A stretch of 64,000 nt of DNA, taken from NCBI GenBank assembly GCA_963715865.1, contig OY970280.1, positions 1,792,001 to 1,856,000 of the forward strand, given 5' to 3'. Both the position numbers and the translations under genes were made by a program. The notes under the pieces are model-generated. The model saw only the letters and a program-made list of their open reading frames with translations. It was not told the origin of the DNA and searched no databases. The DNA comes from Candidatus Bathyarchaeota archaeon. Lineage in GTDB: Archaea > Thermoproteota > Bathyarchaeia > Bathyarchaeales > Bathycorpusculaceae. Positions 40,012 to 50,788 of this stretch are shown piece after piece (the stretch's first letter is position 1; the number at the start of each line of letters is the position of its first letter).

Positions 40012-40196
40012 AACTTTATCAGTGCAGTATTCGGGTATTTAGTTGTTTTCCCAAAAGGTCATCACAAAAAAGGCATGGGCTGAATTGCAGAAAGAAAACA
40101 ATTGTTGATTTCTATAACGAAAGAATTTAGCAAGTTAATTAGGTAAATTTAAGAGAAAGCAAAAGAACTGTTCTATAAAAAATTCGGTGAAAAAAC

Positions 40197-41240
40197 TTGT
40201 ATTGTCATAAATGTGGTGCGCAACTTCCAGATGATGCAGCGTTCTGTGTCAAATGCGGAACAAGCACGGGATTAAATACTCCTAAGCCAACTGTAGCTTC
40301 TACTTCATCTGTTGTTGCGCCTTCTGGAGTAACATCGTTGAAATGTCCCAGTTGCGGTGCGCCTATTTCACCCAAGTTTGGAGAGATGGTCATAACCTGC
40401 GAGTATTGCGGCAGCGGAGTCACTCTTGGAACTCAAGGTTGGACTAACATACAGAAGCAGACAATGCTTGCCTTGAAGGTTGCCAGCGTTGACGAAGTGA
40501 ATTCAATAATCACGCCGATGATGGACAAGGGTCTTCTGCACAGACACCTTCACGAAGACTCCAAGCAGGAGGAAATGAGCCTCACATACGTGCCTTACTG
40601 GATTGTGAGCGTCTCTGCGCGCACGTCCGTTGTCGCTACGGATGAAACGGCCCAAATTGCACAGACTGCTTCAACCGCCTTGCTAATGGGCGTGATATTC
40701 GGCGGGATGAGTGGGGGTTTCGGAGGAGGACGCAGGCGCCTTTTTGAGGGTGGATCAGGAACAGGCGGCTTGTTGACCGGCGCTCTTGGGTTGGGGCGGA
40801 TGCGGATAATGGCTTTTGGAATGGGGATGGGATACGGCGGCGGAATGAAAAAGACCGAACAAATGGACGCGAACTACAACTTCCCTGTAATTGCGCTAAA
40901 GGCTCTCACGGACTATCAGCCGCGGGACTACCAATTCAATCTCGAAGGCAGAGAGCTGTTTGACATTTCCAAGTTGCCCAAGGACGTTAAGATCCTCAAC
41001 GGAGACATCAGCGAAGACGTTGCCAAATCCCAAGCAAAGACCTTGGTCGATCAGCTCCAATCACAAAAAGCACACGCGAAATATCACATGATCCAATCGA
41101 TAAACACTGAGTCGGATGTCGGGGACGTGGAGCTGCTCCACGCTCCAGTATGGTTCGCGAAGTACGATCACAAGGGGAACAAAATCGTGCTGGTCATTGA
41201 TGCCAACTCTGGCAGAGTGATCAACAGTCTCGGCCTCTGA
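40197..41240 (+). CDS. Double zinc-ribbon protein with Gly-rich hydrophobic segment
   Basis: CHKCG..CVKCG and CPSCG..CEYCG ribbons; GVIFGGMSGGFGGG segment; C-terminal HAPVW..Y...VIDANSG. Confidence 0.75.
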   Translation: MYCHKCGAQLPDDAAFCVKCGTSTGLNTPKPTVASTSSVVAPSGVTSLKCPSCGAPISPKFGEMVITCEYCGSGVTLGTQGWTNIQKQTMLALKVASVDEVNSIITPMMDKGLLHRHLHEDSKQEEMSLTYVPYWIVSVSARTSVVATDETAQIAQTASTALLMGVIFGGMSGGFGGGRRRLFEGGSGTGGLLTGALGLGRMRIMAFGMGMGYGGGMKKTEQMDANYNFPVIALKALTDYQPRDYQFNLEGRELFDISKLPKDVKILNGDISEDVAKSQAKTLVDQLQSQKAHAKYHMIQSINTESDVGDVELLHAPVWFAKYDHKGNKIVLVIDANSGRVINSLGL

Positions 41241-41340
41241 GAGCGGCAGCGCGCGAGGCTGTGATTCGACTATCAATAAAGAGTTTGGACTAGGACAAAA
41301 TATAGCACAGCACACAGGTTCCTGAAGTCTTAACTGGGAA

Positions 41341-41976
41341 CTATTCTTCTTTTTTTGTCAATACTTGACGCTTTTTTGCGAGAAACACGTTCCACGATGA
41401 GTTAGCTTTAGTGATTACTTGAACATCCGCAAAACCAACAGAGTACATAATATTTCGGATTTCTTCCAGCGGGAAAAGGCGCACATGCGTTTGTTCAATC
41501 ATTTTTGCATGTTCAACCTCATACGCTCCGTCCTTCGCCATTTCACTCACCACAAGCAGTGTTCCATTTGGCTTTAACACCCTTTTTATTTCTTGCAAAG
41601 CAGCAGGAAGGCTAGGCCAGAAATAATAGGTTTCAAAAGCGGTTACTAAATCAAAGAAATTATCGGGAAAGGTCATTTTTTCAACTGAACCTTCGATGAT
41701 TTCCACGCGGCTTTCGGCAATTAACTGTTTGTTCACTTTTTTGGAGTATCTCACCATATCAGCTGAATAGTCAATGCCGAAAACTTTTCCTTGAACCGCC
41801 CGCTGAGCCAGTCTGCTAACCGTTTTTCCTCCTCCACAACCCACATCCAAAATTACACAGTCGGGGTCAATGTTCACCTGTGATAGCCCCCATAAGGATA
41901 ACGGTTTATGGCCTTGATTCATAAAGGCGGCAATCAACCTGCCGCGAAGACCCGTTGGGCGTTTGAATTGTTCCAT
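41341..41976 (-). CDS. Class I SAM-dependent methyltransferase
   Basis: ILDVGCGGG, GIDYS..M, FDLVTAFET.YFW. Confidence 0.88.
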   Translation of the reverse strand: MEQFKRPTGLRGRLIAAFMNQGHKPLSLWGLSQVNIDPDCVILDVGCGGGKTVSRLAQRAVQGKVFGIDYSADMVRYSKKVNKQLIAESRVEIIEGSVEKMTFPDNFFDLVTAFETYYFWPSLPAALQEIKRVLKPNGTLLVVSEMAKDGAYEVEHAKMIEQTHVRLFPLEEIRNIMYSVGFADVQVITKANSSWNVFLAKKRQVLTKKEE

Positions 41977-42509
41977 TAACCCGAATATGATGCACCTTCA
42001 GGTTTTTGATTACCGAGACAAAAGTAACCTAATAAAGTTTATGTCTCTTCCAAAAGTGGAAATTTAAGAACAGCTACACAAGAGAGCTATGAACGGCTTG
42101 ACGGTTTTGATTGTTAGACTCTCATTAATTTTGCAATGCCTCCAAATCTTCTCGAGCACAAACCATAATAATTTAGGGACAAGCCAGCGCGCTTCTACAC
42201 TTGTGCGCTCGTCTCTTTTTTCCTGTGAATACACATGTGATACCTAAAATCCTAAAAAGGCAATAAGGATTCCTGACGTTGTGGTTAGCCCTGTGACTGC
42301 GTTGGAAACATAAGTGCTTCTGGTGAATGATTGGCAATTATGCCTAATCCAAACACAATAACGCTTACTGTTATTAGTATTCCAGAACTTTCAGCCATTC
42401 AAAATGTATTTCAACCATGTGTTTGAGGTTGCTGCCTTGGTGGAGTTACAGACGGTGAAGGATGCTTAGAAGTTTTGACGCAAATAGGATAAAAGTCCAA
42501 TGAAAAAAG

Positions 42510-42565
42510 TTAGGTACGCCGAAATATTTATTAGGTGTGCCTAAACATGTTTTAGGTATGCCTAA
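42510..42565. promoter_or_regulatory. Three tandem DtxR-type operators (TTAGG-N4-CCTAA) at 21-bp period
   Basis: TTAGGTACGCCGAA 42510, TTAGGTGTGCCTAA 42531, TTAGGTATGCCTAA 42552, directly at the 5' end of the DtxR-family gene. Confidence 0.8.
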
Positions 42566-42590
42566 ATCCGAAGTAACATCAAGCAAAAGC

Positions 42591-43305
42591 ATGCAAGATT
42601 ACCTAAGAGCAATAGCGGCGCTCTCAAACAACGGCGACCCCGTCAACACAACCGAAATCTCCCGATACTTCAAAATTGCGCCAGCAAGCGTAACTGAAAT
42701 GATAAAAAAACTATCCGAAAACGGTTACGTAAAATACTCATCATACCACGGAAGCACCCTCACAGCGAAAGGTGTCAAAGAAGCCCAAAAAATCACCCGC
42801 AAACACAGATTACTTGAAAAATTCCTCTCAGACGTACTGCACATCGGAAAAGATCAAGTCCACACTCAAGCATGCGAAATGGAACACTCGTTATCAGACG
42901 AAGCAGAAGAGTCACTTTGCCGCTTCCTAAAGCATCCTGATACTTGCCCCGACGACGGCAAAATAATTCCTGCCTGCGACTTGCCCTTCACAACATGCGA
43001 GGAATGCATCGCTTTGCATAAGAAAGGCTTAGAAGAAGTGGGAAAACGCCAGCAGAACCTTCAATCGATATGCAATCTTAAATCAGGCGTCAACGCAAAG
43101 GTCTCCTTTATCAGAGGCGAACACAGAATCCTTCAAAGACTTCTTAGACATGGGATTAACTCCTGGAACTCCGATAAAAATCGAAAGAGTCGCCCCGCTA
43201 AAAGGACCCATCGAAGTTTGTGTAAGAGGTTCAAAAGTTGCACTTGGGCAAGACATCGCTGCAAACGTCTTTGTGGAATCAATCCAAAAACCGAACAAGG
43301 CATAA
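42591..43305 (+). CDS. DtxR/MntR-family metal-dependent repressor with C-terminal FeoA domain; +1 frameshift near 43144
   Basis: MQDYLRAI, ASVTEMIKKL, RKHRLLEKFL, ACEMEH, CPDDG..IP; removing one T at 43144-43145 restores RLLDMGLTPGT..RVAPLKGPIEVCVRGSKVALG (FeoA) ending TAA 43303-43305. Alternative starts at 42537 or 42558. Confidence 0.85.
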
Positions 43306-43311
43306 TTAGAT

Positions 43312-45285
43312 ATGTCGTGCCACTCAAATTCATCTTCCAACTTTAAGAAACAGAAAAACAACCAAAAAACCTTAACTATCGCCTTAGCCGGCAACGCCAA
43401 TGTTGGAAAAAGTGTCCTGTTCAATCAACTTACAGGTTCAAGCCAGATAATCGGTAACTGGCCCGGCAAAACGGTGGAGAAAGCCGAAGGCACACTCACA
43501 TTTGAGGGGCAAAAAATCACGGTTATTGATTTGCCCGGCATCTACTCTTTCTCCACGTTCGGTATGGAAGAACTCGTTTCCCGAGAATACATCGCCACTG
43601 AAAACCCCGATGTTGTCATAAACGTGGTTGACGCGGCGGTTTTGGAGCGCAACTTGTTCTTTACCATGCAACTCATCGAGATGGATGTTCCGCTGGTTCT
43701 TTGTCTAAATCAGGTAGATGAAGCGAAGAAAAAAGGCATAACCATCAACCGCAAAAAGCTCGAGCAACTCTTAGGCGTGCCTGTAGTTCCCACAGTAGCC
43801 ATACGCGGAGAAGGAATATACGAACTAACCAAAACCGCCCTCAACGTCACACGCGACCGCCAAAACCACAAGTCCCACCTCAGATACGGCGCCGAGATTG
43901 AACAACGCATAAGCAAACTAGACCAAACCATCCAAAACGCCAACCTAAACCTGAATTACCCCTCGCGCTGGGTCGCCATCAAACTGCTTGAAAATGACCC
44001 AGAAACCAAAAAGTTAGTGGCATCTTCCGAAACTATCAACAAGGCTTCTGAAGATTTGGCTACTGAAATCTCCGCCATCCACCACGAACCCTCATTTGCG
44101 GTCATTGCCTCGGAACGGTATGGTTTGGCGAGCAAGATTGCGAGTGAGGTGCAGCGGCAAACCGAAGTCCGAACCACCATTTCTGACAGAGTGGAGTGGA
44201 TAACTACTCACCGAGTCTTGGGCTATGTTACGTCTGCGGCGGTGATTGCAGGTTTGCTGGTTTGGACATTCAGCATCGGCAGCCTGCTTTCAGGGCTATT
44301 CTCGAAGGGTCTATCGTTTTTTTCGCCTGTTAACCCTGCTTTGAGTGGGTCAATTCAGGGCATACTCTGGAACGGAGTGTGGGGCGGAGTAGTCGCAGGT
44401 TTAACGCTGATTATTCCGTTTGTTGTGCCCTTTTACCTGATGCTTGCCATGATTGAGGACTCAGGCATTCTCACCCGAGTGGCGTTCATGATGGATAGCG
44501 CCATGCATAAAATCGGTCTTCATGGCAAAGCGCTAATTCCCATGATCCTAGGTTACGGCTGCAACGTGCCCGCCATTCGAGCATGCAGAATCATGGAGAC
44601 TAAGCGTGAACGGTTGCTAGCGACGTTTGCTATCACTTTTGCTCCTTGTGCAGCCAGAACAATCGTCATTCTTGGTTTGGTAGCTGTTTTCTTAGGTCCT
44701 TGGTGGGCGTTATCCCTGTATGCCGTAGACATCGCGCTTATTTTCGTTCTTGGAAGAATAGCGTTGAAAGTTGTTCCTGGGCAATCCACGGGACTGATTA
44801 TGGAGATGAGCTCTTTCAAAGTTCCTTCCTTATCTGTGGTTGCTAGGCAAACTTGGTCGCGAACCAAATCTCTGATATACATAGTGTTTCCGCTGTATAT
44901 CGCTGGAAGCGTCGTAGTTCAAGTCTTGTATGCGGTGGGTGTTCTGCAGCAAGTAAGCAACGTGTTATCACCTATCACAGTTTTCTGGCTTGGACTCCCC
45001 GCCATAGCTGGCATACTGCTGATTCTGGGGTTCGTTCGCAAAGAAATGGTATTGCTAGCTGCGGTTGCCATCTTTAGCTCAACCAATCTTGCTTTGTTCT
45101 TTAGTCCGGTTCAACTAGTGACGCTTGCCTTAGTGAACATGATTTATATTCCATGTTTGTCTACGGTTGCTGTGCTGGCGAAGGATTACGGTTGGAAGAC
45201 TGCCGTTGTCATAGCAGTTGCAAACTTTGCCGTTGCGATACTGGTAGGCGGAATAGCTTTCCGTCTCCTCTCGCTAGTTCTATAA
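43312..45285 (+). CDS. feoB: Ferrous iron transporter FeoB
   Basis: [40 protein letters not shown]. Confidence 0.96.
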   Translation: MSCHSNSSSNFKKQKNNQKTLTIALAGNANVGKSVLFNQLTGSSQIIGNWPGKTVEKAEGTLTFEGQKITVIDLPGIYSFSTFGMEELVSREYIATENPDVVINVVDAAVLERNLFFTMQLIEMDVPLVLCLNQVDEAKKKGITINRKKLEQLLGVPVVPTVAIRGEGIYELTKTALNVTRDRQNHKSHLRYGAEIEQRISKLDQTIQNANLNLNYPSRWVAIKLLENDPETKKLVASSETINKASEDLATEISAIHHEPSFAVIASERYGLASKIASEVQRQTEVRTTISDRVEWITTHRVLGYVTSAAVIAGLLVWTFSIGSLLSGLFSKGLSFFSPVNPALSGSIQGILWNGVWGGVVAGLTLIIPFVVPFYLMLAMIEDSGILTRVAFMMDSAMHKIGLHGKALIPMILGYGCNVPAIRACRIMETKRERLLATFAITFAPCAARTIVILGLVAVFLGPWWALSLYAVDIALIFVLGRIALKVVPGQSTGLIMEMSSFKVPSLSVVARQTWSRTKSLIYIVFPLYIAGSVVVQVLYAVGVLQQVSNVLSPITVFWLGLPAIAGILLILGFVRKEMVLLAAVAIFSSTNLALFFSPVQLVTLALVNMIYIPCLSTVAVLAKDYGWKTAVVIAVANFAVAILVGGIAFRLLSLVL

Positions 45286-45327
45286 ACCTGACAACGAAAC
45301 TAGAAGCAAATTGGCGAAGTCTATTGG

Positions 45328-45894
45328 TCAAGCTTTTTTGGTAAAGAAGAAAATCCCGTAATTCTTGTATGGCAGCATCTGCTCAAGGTTGAAATTGACT
45401 GCTTCAATTTCCGCTTTTAACGCTTCTGGATTTTGAACTGGCGCGCCAGGGAAGATGCCCTTCTTTACAACTTCCACAATCGCAAGCTTTCCGCCGGGCT
45501 TCAGAATTCTACCGAACTCTTTTAGAACGGCTTCATTTTCACTGATTTCATGGTAGACTGTTACGAGAAGAATCGTGTCAGCTGAGCCGTCGTCGAGTTG
45601 AAGTTTTTTGCCGTCGCTCTGCAAAAACTGAATATTCTTAACTCCTGCTTTCGCGGCTTTGTTCTGGGCTTTTTTAAGCATCGCGAGTGAAAGGTCAACT
45701 GCAACCACCATTTTGGCTTTCTTTGCCAGTTCTATGGTGTAGAAGCCGGGTCCGCATCCAAAATCCATTATGACATCGTTTGGGTTGATGGCGAGTTTCT
45801 CTATGAGTTCGGAGGGCGGCTGAATCCACCGTCTTATCGGATTATCTAAAAAGAAGGCGCCTGATGCTGAATACGGGTGTCCTTTTTGTGACAT
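45328..45894 (-). CDS. Class I SAM-dependent methyltransferase
   Basis: MDFGCGPGF, AVDLS..ML, RILKPGG. Confidence 0.88.
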   Translation of the reverse strand: MSQKGHPYSASGAFFLDNPIRRWIQPPSELIEKLAINPNDVIMDFGCGPGFYTIELAKKAKMVVAVDLSLAMLKKAQNKAAKAGVKNIQFLQSDGKKLQLDDGSADTILLVTVYHEISENEAVLKEFGRILKPGGKLAIVEVVKKGIFPGAPVQNPEALKAEIEAVNFNLEQMLPYKNYGIFFFTKKA

Positions 45895-46081
45895 GTTTTC
45901 AACTCTCCGTTAAAGAGACTTTTGCTGGAATTAGCTTTTGTTTATATAAGAATATATGCTTTAGATTTTAAAAGGACCAAAGTTATGTAGTAACTAAAAA
46001 GCAAGTGAGACACGAATATCCTTTGCAAAAACCAAAAAATCAAGGAGCTACTTCTTTTTAGGTGGTTCTTCAAGGAAAAAG

Positions 46082-46420
46082 CTAAGTTGGCTCCTCCGAA
46101 ACGTCCTTTTCTTTGTCTCCGGATTGCTTCTTATTTAGGTGAATTATGAGTTGGTGGTTTTTCTTGACAAGAGCTACATCTTCTTTTTCTATATTGTCTG
46201 CAACTACTTCTCCGTTGTATTTGGCGCGGCTGGGATAGCCTAGTTCTTTTAGTTCGTTTATGAGGAGTTCGCGTAGTTTTTTTAGTTGTTCGCTTGATGT
46301 TTGTGGGTCTCTGGTGAAGCAGAAAGTAATGGTTTTTTTATCAGGGTCATAGTTTGCTCGGGTGCCTTTGCCAAGTTTTTCTACGTGACCCCATATTGTT
46401 TTGTCGCTGGAATCTCTCAT
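46082..46420 (-). CDS. Hypothetical protein directly downstream of aIF2-alpha
   Basis: 112-aa ORF starting 12 nt after the aIF2-alpha stop, with AGGTGA RBS. Confidence 0.6.
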   Translation of the reverse strand: MRDSSDKTIWGHVEKLGKGTRANYDPDKKTITFCFTRDPQTSSEQLKKLRELLINELKELGYPSRAKYNGEVVADNIEKEDVALVKKNHQLIIHLNKKQSGDKEKDVSEEPT

Positions 46421-46432
46421 GTTTTCACCTTG

Positions 46433-47221
46433 CTATTTCTCTCTTTTAAAGGAGCCATGTCCGCCTGCCTTAGTGATGTTTGTGACTACGCTTTGGCTTA
46501 CTTCTTCGAGAAGCTCTTCGGCACGTTTCCAGTTATCAGCTGAGACTTCTATGCTGTATCTGGGAGCGGCGATTACGCAGAATTCGATTTTGGCGTCTTT
46601 AGCTTTTTGTGCTTTCTTGGCGTCGATGAATGCGTCTTGGATGCATTTAACGCCGTTGGGTTTCATGCAACGAATTTCCAGTGTACCCCTGACTTTTACC
46701 ATTTTGAGACGAATGCGTTCTTCTGCAACTTGGGCGAAGGCTTTGGCGATGTCTTCAGGTATGTCGAGTTTGGTTAGTGCTTCTGTGCCTTCTTTGAGTA
46801 CTTTTTCGAAGCCTTCATATAAACCGACTCTTTCTTCAAGGATGACGCCTGCTTTTTGGTAGACTTCATGTATGGGTAAGCCTACTTTTTCTGCTACTGC
46901 ACGCAGGAGTACTTCGCCTTTGCGGTCTTTTTTCCAGGCTTTGATTTTTTCGATTCTTTCGCGTTTTGTAACGCGTCTCAGGGATAAGTCGATGTGGCCT
47001 TTTTCAAGGTCTACTCGGAGAACTTTTAGGACCATTTTTTGTTTTTCGCGAACGAAGTCGTGGACGTTTCTTATTCTGGCGCTGGCGATTTCGGAGATAT
47101 GAAGGAAGCCTCGTTTGTTGTATTCGTCGAGGTTAGCGTAGGCTCCGTAATCCATCACACTCTCTATGGTGGCGATTATGAGGTCGCCAGATTCAGGCCA
47201 TTCAGGTTTATGTTCAGACAT
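46433..47221 (-). CDS. eif2a: Translation initiation factor 2 alpha subunit
   Basis: S1 domain WPESGDLIIAT..GAYANLDEY..GFLHISEI; KGHIDLSLRRV; IAAPRY. Confidence 0.95.
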   Translation of the reverse strand: MSEHKPEWPESGDLIIATIESVMDYGAYANLDEYNKRGFLHISEIASARIRNVHDFVREKQKMVLKVLRVDLEKGHIDLSLRRVTKRERIEKIKAWKKDRKGEVLLRAVAEKVGLPIHEVYQKAGVILEERVGLYEGFEKVLKEGTEALTKLDIPEDIAKAFAQVAEERIRLKMVKVRGTLEIRCMKPNGVKCIQDAFIDAKKAQKAKDAKIEFCVIAAPRYSIEVSADNWKRAEELLEEVSQSVVTNITKAGGHGSFKREK

Positions 47222-47355
47222 TATACATCTACTCTAACTTTTTTACAAGGATTTTACTGCTACAATTGCGACAAAATTTCGATGAATAGAACTTATATTC
47301 TTGAAGAAATAAGGGTATCTGCTCGAAAAGGATGGTTGAAAGGAAATAAACTATT

Positions 47356-47658
47356 CTATTCCTTCTTATCTAATTTGACTATGTAAATTTCTTTGTTGCG
47401 GACTCTGAGCGCTGCATTGAATTTTCTGTCTGGTTTCTTGTTGTATGACTTTACTCTGAATGAGAATGGCGCGTACAATGATCTTACAGTTTTACCCTCA
47501 ACCTCAACCTTGAACATCTTCTCGGGGCTCTCAATAATGTGCTTGAAAACTGCATCATACTCGGGAATCTTGGCGAGTTTTCTTCCTTCAGGTATTTCTT
47601 TCACTGGAGTTGCTTTTGCTACTATTTGCTTATTCTTACTTTTTTCTAGCTTAGACAC
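47356..47658 (-). CDS. Small basic hypothetical protein
   Basis: 100-aa Lys-rich ORF; inverted repeat ACATGTA-N11-TACATGT (47657-47681) overlaps its start. Confidence 0.5.
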   Translation of the reverse strand: MSKLEKSKNKQIVAKATPVKEIPEGRKLAKIPEYDAVFKHIIESPEKMFKVEVEGKTVRSLYAPFSFRVKSYNKKPDRKFNAALRVRNKEIYIVKLDKKE

Positions 47659-47892
47659 ATGTACTCACACTATATACATGTCAATTATACTATAAAAGAC
47701 TAGCAGTAACATTAGCAGAAATAATTATGGTTAAGTCAACGTAATAATAAATAAAGGGTAATTCAAGTAAGCATTGACTTTTTGAATATTTCTCGCACCA
47801 ATATATGGATTCAGATGATGTATTTTCGGTCGGGGGTTAACATCTAACTAACTTTTATTCGGTGAACACCTTGAGTGCAGCGGCTAAGGGTT

Positions 47893-48051
47893 TTACTCGC
47901 CTTTTGTGTCGTTTCTGTTACATTCTGCTTTTGGTCTGTATTCTCTTTTTCTGGTTCGTTGCTTATGATGCTTTTCGCATTCTTTTATTCTTACAAGCAT
48001 CCAATCTTTTTCTTCGTAAACGCATCCGCAAATCAAAGTTTTAATCGTCAA
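47893..48051 (-). CDS. Possible 52-aa CGC..CxxH microprotein
   Basis: TTG start 5 nt after GGTGA; MTIKTLICGCVYEEKDWMLVRIKECEKHHKQRTRKREYRPKAECNRNDTKGE. Confidence 0.4.
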   Translation of the reverse strand: MTIKTLICGCVYEEKDWMLVRIKECEKHHKQRTRKREYRPKAECNRNDTKGE

Positions 48052-48648
48052 GATTGTCACCCTTCAAGCAAACTTACCAGATTCACCAATGTATTAGTCA
48101 CCAATATTCATAATGATTTCTCTCAGAGTTAAACTAAGCGAAACGCGGACTTTATTTGCATGATAATTTCCTAGGAAAGAGAGTCTTAATTTTATTATCG
48201 ATCTTGTGTTTTAGTTCTCAAGGGCTAATTCGAGGGCAAAGAAGAAAGCCTAAAAGGGAAAAGTAGCAACTATTTGGGACTGTTTAGCTTCAGAAAACAC
48301 CTTTGGAGCGCGAAAGAAAAATCGCGCGTCTTTTTGTGGTGTTTTTCAATAAAGAACACGAGTATTTCCCTGATTTGCTCTTAGAAGGGGTAACGTTTTA
48401 GAATGTGTAATGCTTTTGTTTGCTTGGTTGGGGGTGGATATATGAGCGTGTCGAGTAGAAAAAAGAAGAATACGCAGCTTGAGCATGATAAGAAATTGCA
48501 GCGAGAAAAGGATCTTAAAAAGAAACAGATGCGACAGCAACTTCCTGCTAAAGGAAAGAAATAACGGTTTAAGCATGAAAGGCATAAAACTTCTGTAATT
48601 TTACTTTAAAAGTAACTTGCAGAATGGTTGACGCCGTCTTTTATGCGT

Positions 48649-48808
48649 GATAAATCAGGTTTCAAAGTTGAAAGAAAAAAGAAGCACAATTCTGTAGGGA
48701 GCAATTTTTTCTTCTTCTTGTTAACTGGTTATTATGAAAATCGATTCAGTTGTTGGTCTTAAAGAAGAAGAACACACCCTGCCGTAGAAAAAACACCGTT
48801 TTTCTTCT
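48649..48808. repeat. Dispersed repeat copy 1 containing two inverted-repeat units
   Basis: 48666-48765 aligns without gaps to 51072-51171; AAGAAAAAA-N24-TTTTTTCTT at 48672-48713 and AGAAGAAGAAC-N24-GTTTTTCTTCT at 48763-48808. Confidence 0.7.
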
Positions 48809-49113
48809 CCTCATTATCGATTGCTTCCATAGCATGGTGATTAGATATCAAGCCTCTTTTGTGGAAGTTACGCTGTCTGTTTTTTGTTTTAGATATTTTC
48901 TCCATTCAAAGATGACTTTTAGTTCTTTCTTGCGCTATAACTCCAAAAAATCCAGGAATGCATCTCTTTTCTTCTTCAGCTCATAATCGCTGTCGGCCAC
49001 GCTCCAGATTTTCTCGAGTGCCAATGCTTTTCGCCCAAGGATTAACATGAAAACAAGCCAAAAAAGCAAACAATATCGCCACCGAGGACCCCCAAAAACG
49101 ATTTACTTATGAA

Positions 49114-49139
49114 GGTGCAGGAGGTGGAATTTGAACCCA
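49114..49139 (-). repeat. Degenerate copy of tRNA-Leu 3' end (att-like)
   Basis: GGTGCAGGAGGTGGAATTTGAACCCA matches 54663-54688 (GGTGCAGGGGGTGGGATTTGAACCCA) at 24/26. Confidence 0.75.
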
Positions 49140-49968
49140 AAACAAAGTGGAGATTATCACCACAATAACCCTCTTTTTTCAGCTTTTCAAAAAGCATCTT
49201 ATTTTGCTAAATACCTACGTCCGGCGGAACATACCCTAACTGGCGATGTCATCCGCGCAATCATCCCTCTTTTTCTTTTGGCTAAAGAAAACTCGGTTAT
49301 AACAAATGTCGCCAAATTTGGGAGCAACCATGAGCGCCATCAAGTTTTCGAAATAATTGCGCTGTTCATGTCAAATTGCGTAGTTCATGTCAAAAATGAA
49401 ATCGGGTTCTTCCGACTCTTGCAGATAGTTTCGGTTGATGGGATAGAATTTAGATAGAAATGATGTCTTTATCCGCTGAACAAATGGGTCTATTGCCGCG
49501 ATTTTGTCCAAGACAAGTTATATCAAACTTATGCTTATCATCAGTTGCAGGTTGGGGAGCACGCTTTAAACGCGATGCATTGAGGCATTGAGCGTGTCAA
49601 TTAAAACAGCGAAAAATTGATACGCGTTCAAGACTTTGCTTCGATGGGCTGGACATTGCAATGTTGCAGTGAGGATATGAGCAGCATGGTCAAAACGGTG
49701 AAAGACTGTGCAGCGACTAAGACATCGCCTCAGTGGACCGCGAACATGTTTAAGGCTCAGACTCAACCTGTGTATCTTCTTAATAATCTTAACTATAGTA
49801 AGTTCTTCTGATTAATCCATAAAAAAGGTGAGGTCACCTACGGGTTGATTCTTTCGTATATTCAAATCGTTCTTTAACAAAAATAACTCCATCCATCTCT
49901 TACTGGAGAAGTTCCCGTTGTTAGCTCATATCATGAAAGGATATATTTGAGAATCTCTCACAGTAATT

Positions 49969-50184
49969 ATGGAAGATAAGTCTATGTGTATGGGAAAAGT
50001 AGTTGTTCGTTGTCCTATATGCAAAAGGCAGATTCAAGTCATTAGACCGGATAGCATTCACTCGTTTTGGTCTACAAATAAACCTGGAAAAGACGAAGGC
50101 ATAGCCAATGTTGTTGAGCAAGTTCTTGAATGCAAAAATCCAGCATGCGCTTCAAAATTTTCGATTTACTGGTACGACAAATAA
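49969..50184 (+). CDS. Small zinc-finger-like protein
   Basis: CPIC ... CKNPAC in 71 aa. Confidence 0.6.
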   Translation: MEDKSMCMGKVVVRCPICKRQIQVIRPDSIHSFWSTNKPGKDEGIANVVEQVLECKNPACASKFSIYWYDK

Positions 50185-50236
50185 ACACACTGACAAAAAA
50201 TTGCTGACATTATAAGAAAGTGACTAAATTGTTTAG

Positions 50237-50788
50237 TCATGCAGGTTTCAAAGTCTTCTTGAATATTTCTTCTCGCCACTTGCCTTCCCAGCTTGCCCAA
50301 CCAGTCTTCACAAGGCTTTCTCTCAAGTGAGGGTTTTCAGCAACCCACTCCAGAAATGTCCAAAATCGCCTTTTGTCTAGGAGCATTTCCTCGGGCACAC
50401 CTTTTTCAACGCACCATCTAATGTAGCCTCTTTCAACCATCTGCTTAAGTTCGCCTGTGGATTCGACTTTTTGAACTTTGAACCCTCGGCTTTGTAAGTA
50501 CACGGCTACGCTGGACAGCACGTATTCTGAACAAACCTTAAAACAGGTTTCAGCGTCAGGCTGCATTACTGCAACAATCTCGTTGGCAATCTTCACCGCG
50601 TCATCCAAATATTTCTTGTTCTTGAAGTTTGGCGGCTGAAAGGAAGACGTGGGGATTCTGCGCTCCATCACCATGGGTTCGGGAGGCTTGAGCGCGCCAA
50701 CCACCACGCCCAATAAGAGATCGCCCCATCCTGAAGCATCTATCAAAATCGTCTTCCTAGGAAAAAAACAATCCAACGCCAAACTCAA
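50237..50788 (-). CDS. Hypothetical protein, possible RNase H-like fold
   Basis: ILIDASGWGDLLLGVVVG N-terminal strand pattern; 183 aa. Confidence 0.5.
   Translation of the reverse strand: MSLALDCFFPRKTILIDASGWGDLLLGVVVGALKPPEPMVMERRIPTSSFQPPNFKNKKYLDDAVKIANEIVAVMQPDAETCFKVCSEYVLSSVAVYLQSRGFKVQKVESTGELKQMVERGYIRWCVEKGVPEEMLLDKRRFWTFLEWVAENPHLRESLVKTGWASWEGKWREEIFKKTLKPA

Noticed and set aside
43133-43346. C-terminal tail HGINSWNSDKNRKSRP.. of ORF 42537..43346 as a novel domain
   Set aside because: Out-of-frame read-through after the +1 frameshift; the +1 frame is a canonical FeoA domain.
47222-47350. Minus-strand frame ending FCRNCSSKILVKKLE, possible rps27e remnant upstream of eif2a
   Set aside because: No start codon before an in-frame stop, only one CxxC, and no real similarity to S27e.
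48757-49050. Stop-interrupted minus-strand frame (MLILGRKALALEKIWSVADSDYELKKKRDAFLDFLEL*..)
   Set aside because: Probably a pseudogene, but no family can be recognised, so no call is supported.
49140-49811. ORFs on both strands next to the tRNA-Leu att copy as a possible integrase
   Set aside because: No R-H-R-Y tyrosine recombinase or serine recombinase motifs; frames are interrupted by stops.
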